This document shows, piece after piece, positions 49,464 to 63,400 of a stretch of DNA of 64,000 nucleotides. Made by a program: the position numbers and the translations under genes. This stretch comes from Halocafeteria seosinensis (Eukaryota). The number at the start of each line of letters is the position of its first letter. Positions within the stretch are counted from its first letter, which is position 1. Location of the stretch: assembly GCA_001687465.1 (NCBI GenBank), contig LVLI01000141.1, forward strand, positions 62,001 through 126,000. The letters are read 5' to 3'. Under the pieces are notes generated by a model, which searched no databases, was not told where the DNA came from, and worked only from the letters and a program-made list of their open reading frames with translations.

Positions 49464-52400
49464 ATGGAGCAACAGACTGAGGTTGGCGGTGGGATCGACA
49501 TCAACCGTCTCTGCCACCTCCTGGAGCTGACTTTGACCCAAGACAATGCACAGCGAAAGCAAGCCGAAGAAGCGCTTACTCAGGTTAGTCTGTAGTCCCA
49601 GCATGTGGGTTTGCACATACATGCTGGTGTGTGTATATGTGGATCTGGTGCTACCTAGGGCAGCCAATCGACGCAAAGTGACACCAAAACTGGCTTGGAG
49701 CTTACAATCCCTGTATAATGCTTGTTTTTGGATGTAATATTACGCAGTTGGCTCAGACGCCCGGGTATATATCTACACTGCTGAGATTGGTCACGTCGGA
49801 CGTCAGTGTCGTCGCGAAACAATGCGCGGCAGCTCAATTCAAAGTGACGGCACATCGATTCTGGGCTAATCTGGACCGAGAGAACCCATCACCTATCCCA
49901 ACAGATGAAAAGCAGTTTGTACGCGACAATATCATTGAGGTACGGCATGATAATAACGGGGGCACTCAGCTGGGAACTTGCAATAGTGGATGAAATAGTG
50001 TACTGCAGGCCATCTTGCGCGAGGCGAATGCACCTGTGTGCTCACTATTGATACAAGGTGCTGTCAGCATACTTTCGGAAGATTTCCCCGACCGCTGGGA
50101 ATCCCTTCCTCAGATTTGCATCAACAACTTATCATCGAATGACCAAAGGCGCATATTCAATGTAGGTGAAGGGTTCATTCCCGGACTGCTTCGATATCGA
50201 TAATCTTTGACGATGACGGCTTGGTGTTCCTTCTCAGACTACACTATTACTACGCAAGTGTTTCAAGCACCTGGAGTATAAGCGCGACGAACACCGCCAC
50301 ATCCTGTACATGCTTGCCGACCCTACGCTTCCACAGCTATATAACATTATAGCTGAATGCTCCAAGTACGTTCCTCGCCACCCCCAACGACGATAATCCG
50401 TCCCTCATTTTTTTTCTTATTTCCTGAGCAGATATGATACGTATGATGCTGCGCATCAGGCGAGGATAATACTGAAATCATACTGGTCGTGTGTCCAATA
50501 TGCTCTAGGCGGGTACTGCGCTCAACCACAGGTAATTCCTCAATTAAGGTGCAAGTCAACTCTCTAGTTTGCCTAACGTAAAAGAAATATATCAATGCAG
50601 GCTTTAGAATCGTGGTTAATGATGGTTTCGCATTTCCTTCAAAGAGACTTACCTTCGAGTCACCCAACAGACCCAGAAGAACAGAAAGACAGTCCGTTCT
50701 GGAAGTGCAAGAAGTGGGCATCAATGGTAAATTCTATCCATTGGAATACGTCATATCTTCGAGGGTATCAAGTACTCCCTATTTCCTCGTGCAGATTCTT
50801 TCTCGCTTCGCTAACCGCTACGGGTCGCCAAAACTAGTACCGCAAAATCAAGTCGAAGCAGTTCGATATTTCAACAAGAACCTGTTGACACGCGTGCTGG
50901 CACCTATAGTGAACCAGCTGGATCGTTTTTCCAAAAACGAATACATTTCGGATCGCGTTCTGCTTCATTGTTTCGACTTCTTAAGGGCAGCCGTCGAGTT
51001 CGGGAATTGCTACAGGCATTTGAAACCTTATCTCAATTTCTTAGTGGAGAATGTCCTTTTGAAAGCTTTCTGTTTCAATGATGATGACGAAGAATTGTTT
51101 GAATCGGATAAGACCGAGTTTATTCGCTCAACGTACAATGATATTCAAGATTGGCTATCCCCCCGTCTTGCAGCGTCTAGCGCGTTGGCAAATCTTGCAG
51201 AAAAGCGGTAGGTGCTGTTAGATAGTGGAAATAATTTAAAGCTGTTGCGATTGTACGAATACGCATATGCAGGGAGAAAGACACGTTACCTCTCATTATG
51301 GATACATGTCATCGAGCTTTACAGACGTATGACAATGCCACCGATCCCCAGCAAAAACCCTACCGGTTGAAAGAAGGAGTATTGGAAATGCTAGGTGGGT
51401 GCTCCATGCTCGACTAGCGGGGTGATCATCATCTGAACTGCCTCTTTTGTTCCAGGTCATATGCATGGTCTTTTACTAAAGCGTAAACAATACAAGCAAA
51501 ACATGGAGGACTTCATATTTCGACATGTTGCTCCGGAATTCGACAGCTCTGTTGGCTGGTTGCGAGCAAGGTACGCCCGTGCAAATTCTCACTTGGCGCA
51601 TTTCTTCCAAGAGCATGAACCTACGGCGCAGATCTCTATGGCTGTTTGGCTTATTGGCTAGTATAAAGTTTCGCAACGGCGACAAATTCCGAGAACTCGT
51701 GCGCAAGACTCTACAGATGTACGAAGACCCTGAACCAGCGGTTCGGTTCGTTGCGGCTTATATTACCCGTTTCCTCCTACGAAAGAGTGCTGCAAAGGAG
51801 ATAATTCGGCCTATTCTGTCGCAAGTTGTAGAAGTACTGTTCAAAATGGTGAACGATATCCAAGTACGCTTATGGTGGTTCGGACTCAAAGCTACTGCGT
51901 TAAAAATTGTGCTTCATTTTTGTCTTCCAGGCTGACGATATTGTTGTTTCGTTGAATGAACTGCTTACTGAGTTTCGAGACGATATAACCTCTCTAGCAC
52001 TGCCGATACTGGAGAAGTTTGTACGTTGGATGGTGTTATCATTGTTGGATGCTCTTTTGTCCATTCAATCTCTGTATTATTGCAGGTTAAATTTTTCCAA
52101 ATGTTCTTCGATGAAGGGGAAAATGAAACTGAGCCGGAGGCTGGAGAAACTCTAGATATGGCTTCACTCAACTGCCTCGAGGTATGTGCCCCTCCAGCGA
52201 GCTATCTTGTCCCATTTGTACATGGGTTCTTCTTGGTGCCTCTGCTCACAGGGCATTCAAACGGTATTGTCACATATGGAATATTCAGAGGATGTGTGGC
52301 CTCAAGTAGAACAGTTGATTTTCCCCGTTATAGAGTTTATTGTAGGCCAGAATGCATTCCAGTTAGAGTATTTCGAAGATGCCTTGAGGATTTTGAGTTC

Positions 52401-53623
52401 GTCCGTAGAAAAGGTTCCCAACGTGACCCCTAACATGTGGAAAATGTTGGAACTAGTTATGAATGCTTTGGAAAATTTTGCCCCTGATTTTATTGAAGAA
52501 GGATTCATGGTTTTGCAAACTTATCTTGAGAAGGATATCCGTGGATTCATTCAGGGAGGACCAAACAGGAATATGAACCTGGTGCACCGCGTTTGGAGTG
52601 TCCACGAGAAGATGTTCCGTGATATGTCGGAATCTGAGCAGGCGTGGTCATCCAGAATGATATTAGCGATAACAATTTATGCAAATCAGGGTTTGTTGGA
52701 CCAATACCTTCCAAACATCCTAATTAGCATTTTGCAGCAGATAGAGAAAGTGAAGACGCAAGATGTCAAGGTGGCACTTACGTCAGTTGTGGCAGGCTGT
52801 TTTTTCAATAACGCTCAAGTTTCACTTCAAACGCTAGAAAAAGAAGGCGCCACTCTTAAGGCTTTCGAATACATGGTAAACAGCTCTAACCACCATCTTA
52901 GCCGATTGGATAAAAAGGTGACTGCCATGGGGCTGTTGGCTGCAATAGAGCAATTTCCTATAGAACAGCACTCTTGGGCTGAGCGAGCGGTGGAACTTTA
53001 TCGGAGTGCAGCAACGTTACTTCGGCAACGGTATAAATTGATCAATGAAGAAGAAGATACTGACGACGAGGACGAGGAAGACGCCGAGGACGAAGATGTG
53101 GAAGAAAGTGGAGATGAAGATGACGCCATATTCGACGACGAAGGTGAGGAGGAGGAGGATCAGCCGGTAGACGTGGGAGAGAACGAAGATACTGTAGACG
53201 AGGAAGATGAAGAGTACATGAAGATGCTACAAGTAAGTTCAAATGTAGAATCGCTATGGAAAATTCTTTACGGCTTTAGTTCGAGGTTGCTTGAGTCGCA
53301 GGAAGAAGCCCAACGCTTACGAGAAACTGGAGACGGGATGGGCGATTTCTATGATAAGCAAGAAATTGCGGGCGCAGAGACTGGAAACTCTCCACTGGAC
53401 AAGATCAACGAATACAGTACTCTGTTGAACGCACTCGAAAATGGCAGACTATCCCAAGTACGTCAGATCTGGGAGGTTTGTGTCCCTCTGCTGATGCCTT
53501 ACTTCCTTATCACTGCAGATAAAGGGACATGTATCATCGACACTGACGAACGAAGAGCGCGAGTGGCTTCAAGAGTGTCAAAAGATTGCAAAAGAGCAAG
53601 ACGAAGAAGACCAATCAGACTAG
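49464..53623 (+). CDS. Importin-7/8-like karyopherin-beta, multi-exon
   Basis: IBN_N (QRKQAEEAL..AAAQFK..W..EKQFVRDNI), DFPDRW, PFWKCKKWA, RFANRYGSP, DEELFESDKTEFIR, GWLRAR, acidic stretch near the C-terminus. Stop TAG at 53621-53623. Confidence 0.9.
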
Positions 53624-53626
53624 CCA

Positions 53627-55038
53627 TCAGGGTGCCGATCCTTGAGTAGTTAGTACAATAAACTTGTTCCATACTTGACTGTACTGCGCTACACTTGCAG
53701 GTGCTTCTGCACTAGGTATCGACCGTCGCATAGTTACAGTGGTGAAAGACCGCTTGCTATTCCGCTTCTTACCTTGCTCCCAAATGCTATCAAAACTCTC
53801 TATCATTGAAGCATGCAACCGGTTCAGTGTTGCAATGCTATCAGGAAATGCATCTTCGATTCTATCGGGTGCACGTTGTTTACCTTTCTGATCGGTGGCT
53901 TTGTGAGACAGCTGCGATATCCACCACTCCTCTGCTGTGGTAGTTCTACGGTCTACATCCGTTGGTGCTCCTAATAACCGGAGAAACTGGGCACTTTGGT
54001 TGTCATTCAACGTATACAAACGCTCATCCATGTATCCTTCTTGACTTTTATCTAACAACCAGTGTGTGACATGTAACGATACAAGCGCTAGCGGATACCC
54101 TCTGAAAGGCAAGTCCGTTTTCTCCACAACAGTCTTAGTAGTCTGAGGACCCATATACATTAGACAATAAGGTATTAACGCAGATGTCGAGCACATTATT
54201 CTTCTCGAGCGTACCTCTGGGTTACTCCGCACAAAAGCCCAGAACTGAAGGAGGCCCAAGATACCGACACTCCTCAAGTCTGACTCAGGTCCTGCGTCAG
54301 TGAAGTGAAGGTTGCATACAGCACGGTTCATCATCTGTAGGAATAGAACAGCATACCCGATGATCTCTGGAACCCAAGTATGCTCCAGTCTCTCCCTTTC
54401 GAATCCGTCGTCGACGAAGCATAACGAGCATATGGCAACGTCGAATCCGTTGGCTCAGTACTTGTATCCACGCCGGTGGCTTCCACATCCTCCCACAGCC
54501 TGTCCAATATTTCTCGATGCAACGGGTTGTCGTGAGAAAATTCAAATGAGGCGAGGATTTTGAACAAGGAACGCGCCTCCGCTGCACACTTTAACTTTGT
54601 AAGTACTGTCTGAATCTGCGGCTGTACTTCGTGGTACCTGTCGGATTCCAGCTGGAGTTGAATTACGCGTTCCACAGCATCTCTGGAAAATGGACGCCGG
54701 TGAAGAAACGCGTCCAGTTCTTCCATAGAAGAGCTATTTTCCTCGTTTGATTCCCTGCAGGAATGTATAATCTCTCTTATCCATGGTTCAATGCGCTTGA
54801 TAACAGTGGCTGGGTCCTCCTCCAGAGGTGAGCTACTGCTCAGGTGTCTTGCCGGCTGCTGTCTCCGAAGCTCTTCGTAGACACTCTGTATGGGAGTTTT
54901 GAACGAATAGTACAGGTATCTGTGGTAAGGCACTACTATAATGGGATCAATAACCTTATGTATCTTGTTATAGATCCATGCTATGACAGCTTGAAGTGGT
55001 CTCCAGATGAGCCATTTTAGGACATCTAGGAGCCACAT
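53627..55038 (-). CDS. ELMO domain-containing protein (ELMOD-like)
   Basis: FSHDNPLHREILDRLW, DWSILGFQ..PESDLRSVGILGLLQF, GYPLALVSLHVT, F..IW..YSQVWNKF. Two introns. Confidence 0.82.
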
Positions 55039-55752
55039 AGCCCTACAACACCTGGCCAACCGATTCCACTACTCTACATCAACGATGTAGGCGTCAGAAT
55101 TGCTGCACAAACCATGACGAACTCCACGTACTCAGGTGAATAAGAAGTGAGCATTCCATGTGAACTTCAACTTCAAGCACCACTGGTTTGTGGGCCAACT
55201 TGTGGCCACATCAACGCTATAGAGAGCTTGGCCACCATCAGCTTCCGAAAGCTCCTCACTTCCCTAGTTCCCCAACCGGAACCCGGTAAAACTGCAAGTT
55301 ACAGTGCGTACGTAGTGTATTTTGTATCGCCTGCCAGTCTCCTTGTACAACTAGCCTAAACCACCACTCGTACAATAGTCTCGTGGTGCCATGATGAAGT
55401 ACCAAATCAGTGATTCGGAATCACTGAGAGTGTGCCATTTTCTCCACATGAGTTTATTCTTCAGGAAACACTGTTCCCTTATTCATGCACAGACATGCCA
55501 CAGGTGTTCCGTCAAGGGTTTCGTTGTGGCACGTCGACATCGTGATATATTACAGAGTGAGAACGTACTCTTGAATAGCTCCCAGAACTCGAGATCTCTC
55601 ACAGCCCTCTGTAGCTTGACGTTTGAAGTGTTCTTCTTAGGTAATAAACAAGGAGCAGTCTTCGGTCACTCTGCAAACAGCCGCCTCCCGATTGAGCATC
55701 TCTGCTTCGCTTGCGGTCGTCACCGTGCTATCCGTAGACATGGATTGATTGA

Positions 55753-58700
55753 TCATTCAAAATATATTTTGAGAGTCACAATCTGGAATGGTAGAAAAAA
55801 TGCATGGATGCAACTCCCCATAATCACACTGCTATCCGTGAGGTGATGCGATTCGTTTTCATAGTGCCAGTCATGGTAATCCGTTGGGTTTTCCAGGATG
55901 TTAACTGGACACACCGTAGAGATAATCCGGGGAAAATGAACTTTACACCAACCTCGAGCACCAATGCCTTCATAGAGACGAAGCACTATGCCTTGCTTTC
56001 CTGAGGGGTTCTCGCTGTCTGCGATGCGTTTCATACAGCTTATCTGTATTCCTCTGCCCGCCCCTGGAAAGTCGACGTTCATATACAATCCAATCGCGCT
56101 TCCGATATCCGAGGTCGTCGAAGGAATTGCGCTCGGTACTTGAAACGGAGGAACATTCAGTAGAGCCGCCTCTTCAGTTATCGCCTGCAGTGGTTCTCGC
56201 AGGGGGACAAGACTCCCTGGAAAGAGTTCTTTCAGAAATATGTTTCTTCGCCGTCTTTCTATAGTAGGAGACGACGCCATCATCGAGTACTTGAACTGAT
56301 GCTGTCCCTGGTCGCAAGTATCATCTGGAGCCTTCGGAGAACGGAGGAGTGTCAATGTCATGTCAGAGCCGCGGCAGCTATATCCGTACTTGGAATCATT
56401 CAACACTGCAAACATGGTGCACCCTTCCTGTACTAAGCCAAACCTGTGACCGCACACTTCGTATTTCATCATATCAACGGACGTATTTGCATGCTGCGGA
56501 CGGGAATGCATGCCAAACTGTGTATCAAACTGCGCGTATTCTGAACGAAGAGCTATCGGGAAGTTTGCTTTAAGGACTTTGTGAGATTCCTTCCAATCAA
56601 TAACCGTATCAACCTCGATATTGGACGAGCCTAAATTGAGGCGCAAACACTGGAAAATCGTCGAATTGTTTTCTCCGACACCATTGATGGTTACTCCAAG
56701 GCTTACAGTAAGCGGGGAAGAGTCGATCGGGAATACCGAAACACACGGGCGATGCGGGGAAACGACGCTGTGGGGGAATGACTCTCCTGTAGCCACGTCC
56801 ACTTCACTTTGAGAATGATACTCCTGCATCGATACAAAAAGCAGCTGTGCATTTCTGTTATCGAGTCAACTACTGTATCTCCTTACCATCAAATCCCAGG
56901 CATCCCAGAAAAAAGGGACGTCAGGGTGCAAAGTAAACCTGTTTAAGTTGCGTCCATTCTTGCAAAGTCCCTGCGGGGGGTAGCATGTGATATCTCTGAA
57001 GGATGAAATACCCCCAGTTTCTTTCAGTACGGAAATCTCAATTAAATGGTTCCGCATTACGAAGCAAGATGCGTTCTCCTTCAGTACACATGTCGACTGC
57101 AGAGTCTTCAGAAGATTTTCATATTGGCTTTTCATCCCAGCCATGGGAACGTCAGAATAGCCCATTGGATGTACATATGTAACACAAGGATAAGACAGTT
57201 GAATCTTATGCTGCTTAATCCACTCCTCCTCCTGCAGCTTGAAGACTGGGTCTGGGTCGCCTGCTGCTCTTCCATATTCCCCTGCACTGGGAGTTCTAGC
57301 ATAACCTGATCGCTCGTTAGTCAGTAGAACTTTAAAGCACGGAAAGGGCAAAAAATTATACACTCTAAGACACAGCTTGCTTGGGGCTTCTGAACCCTCA
57401 GCAAGAACCAGATTTAGCTTCGATAGAAGGTGCGATCTTCCTTGACTCTGAATATCGCTATAGATTTGCTCAGCCTCACGACATACTATTGGAATAGAAG
57501 TACCAGGTAGCACATCATGAAATTGGTTAAGCAAAATACGCTTCCAGATTTGTTCAAAACCTTCCTCGGGGTCATTCTTGCATTCATCGTTTTGAACCCG
57601 CGGTCGCTTTACCCGTGGCTGCTCTTTCTGCAGTAAGCATCTTAGTGCATCTGCTGCTTCCAGGAGGTACATGAGTACTTCGCTATGCCTATTTCCTTTC
57701 TTGAGCGCGGCTTGCGAAGTAAGAGTACCTTGATGTAGTTCCAAGTACAGTTCCCCCCGCCATACCTCTGTTTCAACAACAGCATACGAGCTCTTACTGC
57801 AACAAAAGATTGCTAGCCAACGCGTTCACTTACCAAAGGGTCGGTGTTGATTGTGCTTCGATAATTCCTCAAAGAATCTTTCAGGAAGAGCGTGCTCTAC
57901 CGAAGGCATTCCCGGTAAATGTCTACAAGTACTTGGGTGATGGTTTACCCCATTTCGGCACCAAATCCGGTTCAACTGTTCCAGCATCTCTGCACAAACG
58001 AACGAAGTTACCACAGTGTAACACTTTTCCCTCTGCGTTTATGATCCTGGAGATATTTACCTGCGGTGGGGCCCCCACCACCATCTCCGTTGCCATACAG
58101 CATCATTCCCACAGGAGCGCGGTCCTTGTCTTTATTTTGCGTACAAGTCTTCAGCGTGTCGTTGACGTCCGCCTGGAAGATCGCAAAATGAGGAGTGTAC
58201 AGCAACACGTGAACCGTTAGTTTACCAGAAGGCTACATACTTGAGCGTTATACGTATCAGCCGGTGGAAAATGGCACAAAACCTGGCTTCCATCCAAACC
58301 TTCCCACGTGAACGAACTATGCGGAAACTTGTTGTACAGATTCCAGCTCAGTTTTTGAGTCAAAAAATATTGCATCTCGGATTGTTTAAGGATTTGTGGG
58401 AGTTGTGGACAGTAACCAAAAGTATCAGGTAGCCAGAACACTCGACTCCTGCCTCGGTTGCCGAAATGCTTCCGGAAAAAGCGTTGCCCTGGTACGTCCA
58501 CACTCTGGTATATGAAGGTTTGCAAATATGCAGTTCCAATTAACGTACTTACCATACAGAAATTGGCGACATAAGCTTTCTCCACTTGGCATGTACGCAT
58601 CCATTTCCACCCATGTTCCTCCAACGCAGCCGAACCGCCCCTTTTCAACATATTTTTTCAGGTTTTCAAACGTATTTGGGCTCAGTTCTCTTAGCCATTC

Positions 58701-60095
58701 AAATTGCTGAGCTTGCGATGCCGCAAAGCAAAAGCTCTTACACTCATCCATGTATCGTAGCATGGTTACCCAGGATCTCAATACTTTTCGCTTCGTTTCA
58801 TCGTACGGCCATAACCACCTGTTTACACGGACACGAATATATGACAGCAAGAGTGGCCTCATGCAAAGGTATTTGCTTACGCCGTATCGATATGACAATG
58901 TCCCGTGGCAAAAACTCTTGAGAGGGGAAGAAATCTACCGACCCTTCGAGAATTTACTGCTGTCGTTTCCACCCCGTCCAAAATTTCCCTCGCAATGTCT
59001 TCACAAGGCTTCCACGATGCCTGGTTGTTCTTTTCAAAGCGGTTAACTATTTCATTACAGGCCATCAACGTTTGAAGCCTGCGAATATCTAGAAATTGTC
59101 GACCCAATCAGCTTTATTTCTTAAAAACAAGCCGGTATATTCATTTACCTAGTACCGTGAACATCACTTGCCCCCTGTGGTAGACACTTCACAAGGTCAT
59201 TCAGAACCTTATAGTCCCAGTACAGCCTATGACCTTCCCTGTCTAGCTCTGTGACACATAACGGAGCTCGAAATAGCTTCTTCAAGATACGTCGATGAAA
59301 CTTTTCATTCGAAACACGTACCAGCTATATCACACTGAACAAGTTCGAATTGCCGACTTGGATCTGGTGGGTTAATCAATCCCTCCCGACCACATCCAAA
59401 CATTCCATTGCACGCCATTTCTATAAAGAGTTTGAAACGACCGGGTGAAGTCTCCATATCGGAAACGAGTTGGAAATCATGTCGCTTATCGCAACCAGTC
59501 CCGCCCGTAAGCCCTTGCAACGGATTTCCGTAGTTATCATACACCATCGCCTCGCTGTCACTATTCCAGCGAAGAAAAATTGCGCCGTTTTCATTGTGTG
59601 AAGAAACTGGGGGAAGACTACCCTGCAAATCCACACGAGTAATCTATGAGCACGATGCAAACACATTAGATTGGCTACCTACCTCCACAATGAACCAAAC
59701 CGTGCTCCAGCTGGGACCAAACTTGTCTCCTATCTGAACAGGTCGAAAATGGGACTCAGCAGGCAAATCGCAGAACAATATTCTCTCACCGCCTTCTTTA
59801 AAGACTCGTGCACTTTCCGAATTGGCTTTCGGTTCTCCCTGTGGCACTTTCCATGCTTTGATCAAATCCACCGCTTGGGAGCGCTTCCACTGTATCCCGG
59901 ATAAGTTTGTTTCCGGGAAATACAAATCCGACAGGAACTTATCGCATCGTTCCTCCCTGTGCACACCATTAACATCCTACGTGAATTAGACGTGACGACC
60001 AAGTTTTGCCGTCAGACGGCCACTTACAAGATAGAGTGCAGTTTATGGACGATGGGCTGGGGTGCCCCACTCGCTCCGATGCTTTGAGCGGCCAT
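55753..60095 (-). CDS. MAN2C1: Cytosolic/vacuolar alpha-mannosidase, GH38 (MAN2C1/Ams1-like), multi-exon
   Basis: [118 protein letters not shown]. Confidence 0.95.
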
Positions 60096-60438
60096 TCCCG
60101 TGGCTACTTTCAATCGGCAGATCCTGTATAAAAATTGCGTTTGTCTTACGACACCGATATTGCAGTACAGACAATACACAATTTCACTTCGAGCGTAGGC
60201 CTGTAGTCATTGTAGCGAGCTTGTGAACTTCACAGCTGTGAAGCAAGTACCGCGAGTTTCGGTTAACGCATCCCCCTTGAATAGTGTATACCCGTAGGAG
60301 AACACTGTTCAGTGTCGTGGTGGTCTTCTCGTTCGTTGAGACAAATTTGTAGTGGATCCATACGGCACGGCTTGTTCTCCTGTTGGGATTGGACAAAGGA
60401 ACCACTACCCCATACTGTCCACATTTGCCACCATTGGT

Positions 60439-63400
60439 ATGTCGTCTGCTCCGGACACACGCCGCCCTCGAAAGTTCACGACCTTATCAAACTTTGGAGA
60501 TGGTGATGGATCATTTTTCGATGACTGGCTGGTAACTAGTGCTTCAGCATCGAGGCCAGGGCTTTCTCCGTTGAGCACGGGATACCGGAGCAAACTGCCT
60601 GAACCGCCACTGAGGCAACCTCGTTGGTGGCCTGCAACTCCCACGAGTCTAAGTCAGCCGAGAAGCCAAAACGCGTCTCGAAGGCTACACTCTGTTATCC
60701 CGAGCACAGCTATACAAAACAGAGTAGCTCGAAGAGCGTCTTCTGTTGACGAAAGCTCCGAGGATGACGACGACGACGACGATCGACACGAATCTAGCGA
60801 CGATGATGGCAACGAAGAACGGCATGCTAAACTATCTGCCATATCAGCAGCCATCAGAGCCAGAGGAATCTTCGAGGATTCAAAAAAGAATAAAAAGCGC
60901 AGAAGACTACTCAAAGTCATGGAGACAAAATTTAAGCGGCTTCCCAAGATAACCCCTCATGAAGCTGTGGGAGCTATACCACTCAGAGGGAAGCGGGCAT
61001 TAAGCGTAAGTGGTACAGCTGATTGCATGCCCAGACATATCTTGCGAGAGATTGCTGAAGAAATGGGCGAAAACTTTTCCGCAAGAAAAAATGAGGAAAT
61101 ACTTCGGAAACGCCGAAATTCGGTTGTAAAGGATGACAATGATAAATCTCTATCCTTCGGATTGGGAGACGTTACGAATTTGTTCTTGGACGATTTTGAA
61201 AAAACTGGAATCTTTGAAGAAACAGATGAGGAGGCCGTGGAAGAATGGAAGCGTAGAATTTCCAATGTCAAATTTCAGTGTGAAACCAATTCCGTTGTTG
61301 AACGGTACATGTCGAAAATACGTACCAGCTGCAAGGAGTATGATCGGCGTATCAGCCCTGACGTCCCCGTCTTGCCAGGTCTTGAAGCATACTTTACCAT
61401 CGATTCTGAGCATCAGTCCCCTCGAGTAAAGACAAGTGCTTCGAGTGGACCACACGGGCAGACGGGCTGCCAACCGAGACCAGGGGTGGCTACCGCTCCG
61501 TCTCCTTCCCCTATCCAAGTGAAGGATACAAAACAGCAGAACCCTATCCTTGAGCACTACTCAACGCTATTTGAGGGAACACCAAAACACCTAAGAAAAT
61601 ACTTTGGGTCAAGTTCGCGGCCCCGAAACTTCAAGAAATACCAGGAAGTAGCATCTCAACGTCACTCCTTCCTTCTGCCCTTGAAGACTAACACGAGCAA
61701 CCTGCGGAAGGTGCCTCTTAGCAAACAAAACGCTCAGTATCCGTCTATTGCTTATTTGAACTCCCGTGAGGATATAAGACGCATGCAAAAGAGTACCACT
61801 GAGAAGCATCTCTCTGGGATTTCGTCATTGAGTATTAATCTTAATGACCAACGGCTGACGCGGGGGCTAGGCGGACAGCACAGCTCCCGCAATTGCAAGC
61901 ATCTAAAAAAAGGGAGGCAATTTTGGAACAGGCTAAAGGAGACGTTGCAGTCCGCCACTCGCAAGAACAAAATCAATGACCCAAAAACTCAAGCGTCCCC
62001 CGATTTACAAGCTGAACATAAGCTTAACGAGAACATTCATTCTGAAACTGTTGCCAACGCATTGTATGCTGAACACGTTGATCCATCCCAACAATATCCG
62101 GCGGATGCGGTAAGAAAAATCAAGAAAGAAGAGCTTGATAGGTGGAATAGTTTAGTTCCACTACATGAGGATTGGACACAATACTCAGCTCAGAATCGAC
62201 GGAAGAGCGCCCCCAACGTATTCAATCCAGGGAACCCAAATCCACTGCCTAAGCTTAAGCAAAAGTTCAAGAAAGCAATTCAAAGCAAGAACAATGTTGA
62301 GGAAGATTCTTTCTACGAGACGGTTGTAAAGGCTATGCGTAAGAAAGACCGAGAAGCTCCGCACTTCACTACACTGAAGTATTTGCAAACGAAGGATAAA
62401 CCAGCTACGGAGGACCCTGAAGCGAAATCAAATAAAATGTCTCCGCGTGAATGCTATTTGAACGTTTGCTACCAAACTGGTTTACCTCCGGAGCCTCTTC
62501 TGCTACGAGATAAACTGAACACCGAACTGAACTTTGCCTACTATGGCTTAGGTCGAGAAAGAATCCACGCGCTATCAGCAGCGTTGGCTTCGGGTATGCC
62601 GATGATTACTTCTTTGGATATGACCGGAAACAGGATGACGGGAGTAGATGTGGCCGAACTTGTAGCCGGGGTGGCGGTGCTTCCTAATCTTCAACAGCTA
62701 AGTTTGGATAATAATGAAATTGGACGGCCAGGAATAAGAGCAATTTGCAACCTGCTGAGGAGTTCCACAATGCTGCAAGAATTACGCATGGAAAAAGGGG
62801 AAATCGGTGATAGGTAAGTTACTTAGAATTGTACGTCCCCCTAAGAACCTGTTGCTCCTATTCAGTCTCCACTTGTGTGCACAGAGAAGTAGAAGACGTA
62901 TGCAAAGCGTTAGCGGGAAACAGGACTTTACGTACTCTAAAGCTAGGACACAACTCTATCGGGAGCAAAGGAGGCTTGGCGATCGGGAGTATGCTTTGCG
63001 ATAATATGTAAGCTTTGGTATTGCCGTTCTTGTCATGCGCAATCGTTCTGAACTCATGTTGCTTGGCAGGGGATTGCGTTCGTTGGGGCTAGAGTGGAAC
63101 GGAATCAGAGGAGCCGGTGCGAACGCTGTAGCTTCCGCTTTGAGTGAGAACTACAAGCTGAAGGAATTGTACCTCTCATGGAATCACTTTGGGGAAGATG
63201 GGATGGAAGCGCTTTCCTCGGCACTACTGAACAACGAAAGTCTTGAGGTGCTGGACCTTAGCTGCAATTCGGTGAATGGTAGAGCCAGTGTGATGCTAGC
63301 CAGTAGTTTGAGGCGAAACTCAGCGTTGAAGCTCTTGAAATTCAATGAAAACTCCCCGGGACTCCAAGGGATTCAGGCACTGTTCCGCGCGCAACTTCAC

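Noticed and set aside
53641..53674. Possible 34-nt terminal intron in ELMOD (GTATGG..TACTAAC..AAG)
   Set aside because: Much shorter than other introns here, and the unspliced reading YSQVWNKF fits the end of the ELMO domain.
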